Below are positions 1 to 8,313 of a stretch of 64,000 nt of DNA, one piece after another. Source of the stretch: an uncultured Acidobacteriaceae bacterium (GTDB lineage: Bacteria; Acidobacteriota; Terriglobia; Terriglobales; Acidobacteriaceae); assembly GCA_963790555.1 (NCBI GenBank), contig CAWBPB010000019.1:394858-458857 (forward strand), in the 5' to 3' direction. The position numbers and the translations under genes were made by a program. The notes under the pieces were generated by a model that was not told the origin of the DNA, made no database searches, and saw only the letters and a list, made by a program, of their open reading frames with translations. Position 1 is the first letter of the stretch; every line of letters begins with the position of its first letter.

Positions 1-358
1 CATCCTCGCGGTGGTTCTGGTAGCGACGGGGCTGTACGGCACGTTGGCATACCGCGTGAACAACCGTACGGTAGAGATCGGCGTGCGCATGGCCGTAGGC
101 GCGCGGCGCGGACAGGTAGTGTGGATGGTGTTGCGCGACAGCCTGGTGCTGACGGGGATCGGCACCGCGATTGGGATTCCGTTTGCAGTGCTTGCTGGCC
201 GGGCGCTGGCGTCTTCCCTCTACGGAGTGACGCCGGACGATGCGACGACATTTGTGTTTGCGGTGGTCTCTATTGCCGTTGTGGCAACGGCGGCAAGCAT
301 GATCCCGGCGCGGCGGGCGGCAAATGTGGATCCGCTGACAGCGCTCCGGTCGGAGTAG
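1..358 (+). CDS. ADOP/MacB-FtsX family ABC permease, C-terminal part (5' end outside window)
   Basis: GLYGTLAY..RTVEIGVRMAVGA FtsX motif and C-terminal PARRAANVDPLTALRSE*, like the other permeases in the window. Confidence 0.9.
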   Translation, partial: ILAVVLVATGLYGTLAYRVNNRTVEIGVRMAVGARRGQVVWMVLRDSLVLTGIGTAIGIPFAVLAGRALASSLYGVTPDDATTFVFAVVSIAVVATAASMIPARRAANVDPLTALRSE

Positions 359-478
359 ACGCCGTTCGGCGCCATTCTTTCAGGATGAGTACGCACGCTC
401 CCCGGCCCGGACGCAGGGCTGGAAATTTTTATAACTATCGCGGCTTCCCGGTGTATGTTGATGGCCAAAGGATTCCAT

Positions 479-868
479 ATGGCTAAACGCAAACAAAGAA
501 CTACAAAGGATGACTGGACTATCTCAGTTGTAAGTGGAGATACGACGCTCGCGGTTGCGGAGAAAGTCAGAGACCTGCCGCGCGGCGGCTACGCGATAGC
601 TGGAACGATGGCGGATTCCAAGGGAAATGTTATCTTCGCCCGCTCAGAAGAGGTTCCCCGGAATAAGTTCGAAGCTGGTTTTTCGAATTGTTTGGCGCTT
701 GCCAAATCCGCCATCAACCAGGCATCGACACTGAGCAATGATTTCGAGATCGACACCATGACTCTGAAGCTTTCAGTCAACGCAAAATTTGGTTGTTCCT
801 TGCTTGCAGACGCAAAGATGGCGGGCGCGCTGGAACTCAAGATAAAGAGAAAACGCGGCTCAAAGTAG
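479..868 (+). CDS. Hypothetical protein, Pepco/Trypco-like (peptidase co-occurring) small domain
   Basis: RBS AAGGA before ATG 479; C-terminal pattern helix + FEIDTMTLKLSVNAKFG..L....GALELKIKRK resembles Trypco/Pepco domains (recognised by eye); lower GC. Confidence 0.5.
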   Translation: MAKRKQRTTKDDWTISVVSGDTTLAVAEKVRDLPRGGYAIAGTMADSKGNVIFARSEEVPRNKFEAGFSNCLALAKSAINQASTLSNDFEIDTMTLKLSVNAKFGCSLLADAKMAGALELKIKRKRGSK

Positions 869-888
869 TAGATGAGATAGATGCGTTG

Positions 889-1504
889 TCAGGCTGTGGT
901 TGTGCGATTTCGGGTTAGCCGCGCGTCGATACGCTTACGCTGCTGCTCGGCATCGTCCTCCCCGGCCGTGACCTCTTCCGGATCGAACTCCCACTCCTGC
1001 TTTTCCATATCTTCGTTTTCTTCCACAGACCTCGAGGCTTGCTCGATTTGCGATGTTAGATGGCTGTACAAGCTGGGCCGCGACCCAGGCCGAAGCAGGG
1101 TGGGAACGCCTTCACTGCGATCAATTGTGAACTTGCCTTGAAATCCGCCGAAGACGCGAAATACAGTAGCCGCCTTCAAATCAGGATTCTGATCACGCGT
1201 TGTGAACTGGAATGCCGGGCATCTCCGCCGATGCAAGAAAGACAATGGCCTCTTCGCCTGAAGAGAACCGCGCTTCAGAATCGGCGCGCACGGTACGAAT
1301 AAGAATTGAGCTGGAACGATCCATTCCGGCCGGCCACAGCAGGATCTGCGCAAGGTCGACCAGATGATCCCGAAAATGCAGCGGAGAGGCTCCGGGATAC
1401 TCCGGCATACCGATCACTGCCCTGGCGTTGGGAGTACGGACCGTGACGCGCACCAGGCCGATACTGCGTTGTAGCAAGTCCGGGATTTCGAGTGTTTCAA
1501 GCAT
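889..1504 (-). CDS. Hypothetical protein co-transcribed with metzincin (frameshift near 1200)
   Basis: ORFs 1193..1504 and 889..1353 join into one protein with ARFSSGEEAIVFL...FRVFGGFQGKFTI motifs; starts 9 nt after the peptidase stop. Confidence 0.55.
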
Positions 1505-1513
1505 CTGCTCAAC

Positions 1514-2011
1514 TTAGGGATAGAGCAATTTAATGGCTGCTATGTCGTCGGCAGCCAGGCTTCGCTTTTCGCCGGGTTTGATGGTAGGGCGCATCACGGT
1601 ATTTGAATCGATGCCGTAGTCCTCGCCCAGATGCAGGGCGTGGCCGAGCTCATGAATCAGGATCGAGTAGAGATCGTAGGCTCCGGAGCGCCGGATCGGT
1701 TTTGTTGTCGGATGTGGTGGAACAAAAGGGTAACTGGTATCGATCTGGATCGACACCATGGCAAGGTACGGGTCATGTTCATCCGGACGCAGCGTCGTCA
1801 GCCCGACCCAGGCTCCATCGCCCAGTTCGGTGCAGATGATCGAACTCTGCGAGCTCTCATCCACGACGAACTCAAAGCGTGCGCCGGCATTGTTCCAGGC
1901 CTTCATCGCCTTCTTTGCCAGGGTCGCCCATATCGGCGGCACATCGAAGCCGTTGACCTTTAAACGGCAGCGACCACTGCGCCAGCGCCGATATTCCGTC
2001 GAATAAGGCAA
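1514..2011 (-). CDS. Matrixin-like (M10/metzincin) zinc metallopeptidase
   Basis: AMKAWN, YDLYSILIHELGHALHLGED, Met-turn NTVMRP, LAADDIAAIKLLYP C-terminus. Confidence 0.8.
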   Translation of the reverse strand: MPYSTEYRRWRSGRCRLKVNGFDVPPIWATLAKKAMKAWNNAGARFEFVVDESSQSSIICTELGDGAWVGLTTLRPDEHDPYLAMVSIQIDTSYPFVPPHPTTKPIRRSGAYDLYSILIHELGHALHLGEDYGIDSNTVMRPTIKPGEKRSLAADDIAAIKLLYP

Positions 2012-2096
2012 CGATGCAACCCCGCATCAGCGAATCGTTGCGCTACATCATACACGGCGAACGAAAGCAGTCCGTTCAATCGAAATGCGGAGAACT

Positions 2097-3308
2097 CTAG
2101 ACCCAGGCACGCAACGCGAGCACGGCGTTGAGTCCGCCGAAGGCGAAGGAGTTCGAGAGGCAGGCTTCTACCTGCTGTGTGCGAGCGGTATTGGGTACGA
2201 AGTCGAGGTCGCAGGCGGGATCGGCCTTGGTGTAGTTCGCGGTCGGCGGGAGGATGCCATTGGCGAGCGTCAGAGCGGAGGCTGCCGCTTCGATGGCTCC
2301 TGCCGCACCGAGGGTGTGGGCGTGCATCGATTTCGTGGAGCTGACGGCGAGCTTGTCCGCGTGCGGGCCGAAGACGAGCCGGATCGCCGCGGTTTCAATG
2401 CGGTCGTTCACCTCGGTCGCGGTACCGTGCGCGTTGATGTAGCTGATCTGCTCCGGAGCAAGGCCGGCATCGCGCAGGGCCAGCCGCATGGCGCGCGCGG
2501 GGCCTTCGGCCGAAGGCTGCGTGATGTGGCAGGCGTCGGAGGACATGCCGAAGCCGACGATCTCCGCGATAGGCTTTGCGCCGCGGGCAAGCGCCGTCTC
2601 CATCGGCTCCAGCACCAGCATGGCTGCGCCTTCGCCCAGCACCAGGCCGCTGCGATCGGCGGAGAAGGGACGGCAGGTGTCCTTGCTGATGACGCGCATC
2701 GCCTCCCATGCCTTGAGATTGCCGAAGTAGAGTGGAGCCTCGCTGCCGCCCGCGATGGCGACCGGCGCAATGCCGGAGCGCACCATGTGGAAGGCCTGAC
2801 CGATGGCGTGCGCGGAGGAGGCGCAGGCGGTGGACACGGTATAGGACGGCCCCTGGATGCCGAGCTGCATGGAGATGTGGCTGGCGCCGGCATTGGCCAT
2901 GCCGAGCGGGATGGTGAGCGGATGCACGCGGTTGCGGTTGTGGATGTAGAGCTCGCGGTAGCCTACCTCTTCCGCCGAGCGGCCGCCGATGCAGGAGCCG
3001 GTGACCACGGCGCCGTCCTCGAGCATGGCAGGCGTCAGCTTCAGGCCGGACTGGGCCATCGCCTCCTTTGCCGCGACGACCGCAAACTGCGCGAAGCGGT
3101 CCATCAGGCTGATGTCCTTGGCCGCCAGGTGATCTTCCGGGACGAAGCCCTGGACATCCGCTGCATGTTTGAAGCGGAGCTGGTCGAAATCGGCAGACTG
3201 GATGGCGCGGATGCCGCACTCGCCGGCGATCAGCGAGCGCCAGAATGCATCGCGGGTAAGTCCGACCGGGCTGACGACGCCGATGCCGGTGATGACGACG
3301 CGGGGCAC
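2097..3308 (-). CDS. Beta-ketoacyl-ACP synthase (FabF/NodE-like)
   Basis: RVVITGIG, STACASS (Cys), INAHGT and SMHAH (His/His), SNSFAFGG. Confidence 0.92.
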   Translation of the reverse strand: MPRVVITGIGVVSPVGLTRDAFWRSLIAGECGIRAIQSADFDQLRFKHAADVQGFVPEDHLAAKDISLMDRFAQFAVVAAKEAMAQSGLKLTPAMLEDGAVVTGSCIGGRSAEEVGYRELYIHNRNRVHPLTIPLGMANAGASHISMQLGIQGPSYTVSTACASSAHAIGQAFHMVRSGIAPVAIAGGSEAPLYFGNLKAWEAMRVISKDTCRPFSADRSGLVLGEGAAMLVLEPMETALARGAKPIAEIVGFGMSSDACHITQPSAEGPARAMRLALRDAGLAPEQISYINAHGTATEVNDRIETAAIRLVFGPHADKLAVSSTKSMHAHTLGAAGAIEAAASALTLANGILPPTANYTKADPACDLDFVPNTARTQQVEACLSNSFAFGGLNAVLALRAWV

Positions 3309-3309
3309 G

Positions 3310-3573
3310 TCAGCTTTCCGGAGTGGCCTTGGCCTTGGCCTCGACCAGATGCGTGATGCCGGCGATCATCTCCGGAATGTTCTGCACCTTCTTGGCCTCT
3401 TCGTCATCAATTTCGATGTCGAACTCACTTTCCAGATCGAAAAGGATATTAAGACGATCCAGGGAATCGATGCCCAGTTCTTCGAAGCTGCTGTCGGGCC
3501 GCACGGATTCCAGAGGGATACGCCGGGTGTTGGCAATGATTTTAAGAACACGTTCCTGGATCGAATCAGACAT
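3310..3573 (-). CDS. Acyl carrier protein (NodF-like)
   Basis: 87 aa, acidic, LGIDSLD phosphopantetheine Ser motif; abuts the KAS gene. Confidence 0.92.
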   Translation of the reverse strand: MSDSIQERVLKIIANTRRIPLESVRPDSSFEELGIDSLDRLNILFDLESEFDIEIDDEEAKKVQNIPEMIAGITHLVEAKAKATPES

Positions 3574-3797
3574 AGGCGTAAAGGCGCAGACGGCTGAACG
3601 GCAGCCGCGGGCGCCAGGGTGCGACCGTACTCCCAGCGTTTTGTAATCGAACTGTCATTCTACCCTGTTTCAAGTCCGAGCCCGCTTGCCAATCGGGGAA
3701 CTCCGTTGACCTCAGAGAGTTATGCTGAAAATACGGGCCTGACGCAAGGATATTTGTTTGATCCGGTCCGGTTGACCGGTACCGCCTGGAGGAAGAT

Positions 3798-4220
3798 TTG
3801 CCCCTCATCACCCTCTCGCTTGAAGCAGGACGCAGCCGCGACGACAAGCGGCAACTGGCCGACGCGGTCTATGAGGCGCTGCGCGCGGCGATCCAGATTC
3901 CGGAGAACGACCGCTTTGTGGCCATCCGCGAGCACGCCGCCGGGGACCTGATCGCCGATCCTGGCTACCTGGGCGTGGCACGGAGCGCGCATCCGATATT
4001 TGTGGAGATCACGCTGCGCCGCGGGCGGCCCACGGAGAAGAAGCAGGCGCTCTACCGGGAAATTGCCCAACGGATGGCTGCAACCGGGCTGGTGCGGCCC
4101 GAGGATGTGCTGATCGTGCTGCATGAGAACGAGACGGCGGACTGGTCATTCGGTGGCGGCGTGGCTCAGTACGTCGAGGCGGAGAAGAAGCAGGCGTCCC
4201 AGAAACAGGACAGGCCATGA
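3798..4220 (+). CDS. Tautomerase superfamily protein (MSAD/cis-CaaD-like)
   Basis: N-terminal Pro after initiator (TTG), GR...K.ALY, DWSFGGG. Confidence 0.85.
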   Translation: MPLITLSLEAGRSRDDKRQLADAVYEALRAAIQIPENDRFVAIREHAAGDLIADPGYLGVARSAHPIFVEITLRRGRPTEKKQALYREIAQRMAATGLVRPEDVLIVLHENETADWSFGGGVAQYVEAEKKQASQKQDRP

Positions 4221-6012
4221 ACGAGAGCAAGGAGAGATCGATGTTCCGCAATCTGAAGCCGCTGGTTCCCTACCTGAAGCGCTATCGGCGCGGCTTTTTC
4301 TGGGGCGGCGTTTCGGTGGTGCTGTCGAACGCCATCTGGATCCTCTTCCCCCAGGTGCTGCGCATCGCCATCGACGACCTGAACCATGGCGTGACGCAGG
4401 AGAAGATCTTTCGCTATGCCGGGCTGCTGGTCGGCGTGTCGCTGGCCAAAGGCATCTTTCTCTTCCTGACGCGCTGGATCATCATCGGCATCTCGCGCGA
4501 CATCGAATTCGACCTGCGCAACGATCTCTTCCGCCAACTGGAGAAGCAGCCGGCCGGCTACTACGCCGAGCATCGCACGGGCGACATCATGGCGCGCATG
4601 ACGAACGACCTGAACGCCGTGCGCATGCTGCTGGGGCCGGCGATCATGTACAGCGCCAACACCGTGCTCTTTTCGATTGGCGCGGTCTTCTTCCTGCTGC
4701 GCATCAGCCCCTTCCTTACCCTTGTTGCTCTGGTCCCGCTGCCGCTGGCGAGCGTGCTGGTGCAGACCATGGGACGGAAGATCCACGAGCGGTTCGAGCG
4801 CATCCAGGCAATGTTCTCCGAGATTTCGGCGCAGGCGCAGGAGAACTTCTCCGGCGCGCGGCTGGTGCGGGCCTTCGCGCAGGAGGAGCCGCAGATTGCG
4901 TCGTTTGAAGCAGCCAATCGCGAAAATGTGCGGCGCGGATTGCGGCTGGTGCAGTTGATGGGCATGCTGTGGCCGACGCTCGAATTCATCCTGGGCCTGT
5001 CGCTCGCGATCACGCTGCTGGTGGGCGGCCACGAGGTGCTGACCAGCCGCATCTCGGTGGGCGACTTTGTTGCCTTCAACACCTACATGATGATGCTGAC
5101 CTGGCCGATCATCGCGCTGGGATGGGTGGTGAACCTGGTGCAGCGCGGGACGGCCTCCGTGATTCGTATCGACGAGCTGATGAAGGAGAAGCCGACGATC
5201 GATGACGCGGCGGCAAATCGACGTCGATCGGGCCGGAGACGCGGCTGAAGGGGAAGATCGAGTTCCGCCATCTGAACTTTGCCTACACCGACACTGAGGG
5301 CAAGCCGGTGCCGGTGCTGCACGACATCAATCTGGAGATACCGGCGGGAACAAGTCTGGCGCTGGTGGGGCCGACGGGCTCCGGCAAGTCAACGCTGGTG
5401 GCGCTGATCGCTCGTTTGTACGAAGCGCAGCCGGGCACGGTGTTGATCGACGACCGCCCGGTGCGCGAATATCCGCTGGCCACACTGCGCGCGAATATCG
5501 GGTTCGTGCCGCAGGAGACGTTTCTCTTCAGCGAATCGATTCGCGAGAACATCGCGTTTGGCGCGCCGCATGCCTCTGCAGATGATGTGCTGCGGGCAGC
5601 GGAGGCGGCGCACATCCGGCGCGAGTTCGAGGATTTCCCGCACGGCATGGATACCGCGGTGGGCGAGCGCGGGCTCACGCTCTCCGGCGGGCAGAAGCAG
5701 CGCACCGCGATTGCGCGCGCGGTGGTGCGCGATCCCGCAATTCTGATCCTGGACGATGCGCTGGCCAGCGTGGACACCTACACGGAAGAGACAATCCTGC
5801 GGCAATTGCGCGAAGTCATGCGCGATCGCACCACGATCTTCATCTCGCACCGCATCTCGACCGTGCGGCATGCCGATCGCATTGCAGTGCTGGTGAACGG
5901 GCGCATCGCGGAGCTGGGCACGCATGAAGAGCTGCTGTCGCTGGGGCACTTCTATGCGAGCCTCTACGAGAAGCAGTTGCTCGAAGAAGAGCTGGAAGTC
6001 GCCGGGGACTGA
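4217..6012 (+). CDS. ABC exporter permease+ATPase (MdlA-like), frameshift near 5220
   Basis: TM half 4217..5248 (RTGDIMARMTND) and NBD 5308..6012 with GPTGSGKS, LSGGQKQR, ILDD; joined by one indel. Confidence 0.88.
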
Positions 6013-6071
6013 CCGTCCAGGCACACGCGCCTGCGGCGGGACTGGCCGTCCGGGCAGACGCGCCTGCGGCG
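6006..6071. repeat. Tandem 33-bp direct repeat x2 overlapping the ABC stop codon
   Basis: GGACTGACCGTCCAGGCACACGCGCCTGCGGCG / GGACTGGCCGTCCGGGCAGACGCGCCTGCGGCG, 30/33 identical. Confidence 0.85.
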
Positions 6072-6135
6072 CACTCTGTGGGGTTCGCTTCCTTTGGTCG
6101 CTCACGTTTGCGTTGCGTGGGCGACTCAGCCAGAT

Positions 6136-6164
6136 CCGCACATCCCGTTTAGATGTGGGGCACC
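6136..6164. repeat. REP-like palindrome CACATC-N7-GATGTGGGGCACC
   Basis: Hairpin between convergent genes; GATGTGGGGCACC resembles an intergenic repeat I recall from Acidobacteriaceae genomes. Confidence 0.5.
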
Positions 6165-6216
6165 TGCTCTTACTGCAGTTCTTCCGCTTTGCCCAGAATG
6201 ACGCGTCAAGCAACCG

Positions 6217-6688
6217 TCACGCGATCCAGGCTGGGGCCGCATTGTCGTCATTTGCCGAGGAGCGAATGGCAACGGTGTTTGTGCGCTGCTCCTGCGCGGT
6301 CCTGAGATCGGGCGGGAGCATGTCGAGGACCGCCGGATCCTGTGCGGCAATCTTCCATGCCTCGCGGACGTTGCGCACTTCACGTGCGGTGTCGAGAAAA
6401 AGCTGGCGCGATACGCTCGCGGAGGCGCGCAGCACGTCGGCGAAGACGGCCGTGTAGAAGTCGGTGAGGCGTTCCGCCGAGGCGCCTCCCACGTCCATGC
6501 GCAGGTTGGCCTGCAGGTGGATGATGATGTTCAGCGCGCGCCGTGCGGCCTCACGCCGTGCAACCTCGTCGCGCTACTTCACAGGCCACGGCCGCCTGCG
6601 TGAGAAACCGCTGCAGACCGTCATAGAGGGCGACGATGAGCTGCACCCCGTTTGCGCTTTCGATTGCTGCCTGGTGGTAGTGTCGCAT
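6217..6688 (-). CDS. fliS: Flagellin export chaperone FliS (frameshift near 6575)
   Basis: YHQAAIESANGVQLIVALYDG...ALNIIIHLQANLRMDVGG..ERL..FY....VREAW; directly downstream of fliD. Confidence 0.85.
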
Positions 6689-6698
6689 CGCGAGTCCT

Positions 6699-8072
6699 TT
6701 ATCCGTTCTGGCCCTGGTTGTAGCCGGTGATGGCGGAGTAGATTTCGTTGACCATATTGAGCTGCATGGGAATCTCCTGCAGCGTCTGATTGGCGGCATT
6801 CAATTCGGCGGTGAGGCTGGTCTGCTGAGTCGCGATGCGCGCATCCATGGTGCTGATGGTGCTGTTGAGACTGGATTCGGCAGTGCTGTTGGCCGTCTGC
6901 GCCTGACTGAGAACGCTGGTGGAGGAGCCCGTGCCTGCGTTGTTGATGGCCTGCCCGAGGCCAAGGCCGAAGCTGTTGGTGTTCTGAAAGAAGGCCTGCA
7001 CGCCGGAGTAGTTGTTGTTGAGCGCGGTGGTGAGCTGGTCCGTATCGAGCGAAAGCGTGCCGTTGCTGTTGAGCGAGAGACCGATCTGCGTCATCGAGGT
7101 AAGCGAGGTGCCGGATGGAGTGTTGAGAGCACTCGAGAGCATCTGCTGCAACTGTGAGATGAGCGGCGAGCCGTAGAGTGGCTCGGCATTGCCGCTTGCG
7201 TCCTTGCCTTCCTGGGCGGTAAGCGCGGAGACCACCGCGTTGTAGTCCTTGACCATGGTGGAGAGCGCGGTTGTCACCGACGAGGTGTCGTTGTCGATCT
7301 GGACCTGAACGGGATTGGCCGAAGTGGAAGTGCCGAGAAGCTGCATGGTGACGCCGGGGATCGCGTCGGTGATGGTGTTGCTGGCGCTGGTGGTCTGGAT
7401 GCCATCAACGGTGAACTGAGCGTCCTGGCCTGCCTGGCCGGCGATGAGTGACACGTTGTTTCCGGTGGTGGTGTCCGTGAGCGCGCTCGAGTCGATGGTG
7501 ATCTGACCGGCGGCGCCGCTGGTCTGGCTGATGAGCGAGAGACGCGAGCCGCTCGAGTCCGTGACCACGCTGGCCGAAATGCCGAGACCGGCCTGATTGA
7601 TGGTGGCGGCGAGGCCGGCGAGGGTGTTGTTCGCGGGGTCAACCGAGACAGTCTGTGAGCTGCCGTTGCCGATGTGGAAGGAGAAGGACCCGCTGAGGAT
7701 GTCGTTTGCGCCCACGGCGCTCGAAGCTTCTGTGGAGGTCTGAGCAAGCTGCTGCACGGTAACGGTGTGGCTGCCTGCGGTTGCGGTAGTGCTGGCGGAG
7801 AGCAGCGCGAGCGTGTTCGTGTCCGAGCTGGAGCCCAGCTTGCCGGAGAGGACGCCCACCGGATCGGTGAGGGCGCTGACATCGCTGGAGAGAGTGGAAA
7901 GCAGGCTGCCCAGGTTGGAGATCACGGTGTCCTGGGATTGCAGGGCGGTGAGCTGGGTCTTGTATGGCGTCTCGGTCGCTTGCAGCTGCGCAACCATCTG
8001 GCTGACGGTGCTGCTTACATCGATGCCCTGCCCGCTGGTGGGCGAACCGAAGCTGAGGCCGATGGTTCCCAT
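6699..8072 (-). CDS. fliD: Flagellar filament cap protein FliD
   Basis: GSPTSGQGIDV N-terminus, VQQLAQ, GQDAQFTVDG..SASNTITDAIPGVT; position between fliC and fliS. Confidence 0.93.
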   Translation of the reverse strand: MGTIGLSFGSPTSGQGIDVSSTVSQMVAQLQATETPYKTQLTALQSQDTVISNLGSLLSTLSSDVSALTDPVGVLSGKLGSSSDTNTLALLSASTTATAGSHTVTVQQLAQTSTEASSAVGANDILSGSFSFHIGNGSSQTVSVDPANNTLAGLAATINQAGLGISASVVTDSSGSRLSLISQTSGAAGQITIDSSALTDTTTGNNVSLIAGQAGQDAQFTVDGIQTTSASNTITDAIPGVTMQLLGTSTSANPVQVQIDNDTSSVTTALSTMVKDYNAVVSALTAQEGKDASGNAEPLYGSPLISQLQQMLSSALNTPSGTSLTSMTQIGLSLNSNGTLSLDTDQLTTALNNNYSGVQAFFQNTNSFGLGLGQAINNAGTGSSTSVLSQAQTANSTAESSLNSTISTMDARIATQQTSLTAELNAANQTLQEIPMQLNMVNEIYSAITGYNQGQNG

Positions 8073-8094
8073 GTTGCGCTCCCGTAGGCGATGC

Positions 8095-8235
8095 AAAAAA
8101 CAAAAAAAAGTGCGGGTGGTCTGCCCAAGATGAGCGTTTTCCTGTCGCTGCGAGAGAGCGGAAAACTTCTCGTTGTGGCCTTTCCTGATTGGAAAGGCCA
8201 CGCCAGCATTGCAGGAAAACGCTCCAACCACCCGC
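8095..8235 (-). ncRNA. Structured fliC 3'-UTR element (three-way junction closed by a stem followed by a U-tract); terminator and/or sRNA
   Basis: Perfect complements 8112-8120/8227-8235 (9 bp), 8132-8144/8212-8224 (13 bp), inner hairpin 8175-8201 (11 bp); U-rich tail on the minus strand. Confidence 0.55.
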
Positions 8236-8313
8236 GAAGCAGGGGTGATGGAGATGGATGGAGACCGTTCGGCGGACGCACAGCACGGCGCTATGCGCCA
8301 CCGGACGGAGGAA

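Noticed and set aside
2085-3356. Long antisense or alternate-frame ORFs (e.g. 2085..3356+, 19903..21393-, 29011..30579+, 61890..63449+)
   Set aside because: Shadow ORFs of well-supported genes, expected at high GC; no motifs
6006-6071. Possible mini-CRISPR
   Set aside because: Only two abutting units, no spacer, no cas genes
8095-8313. c-di-GMP riboswitch before fliD
   Set aside because: Class I/II consensus elements not recognisable; kept only as an unclassified structure
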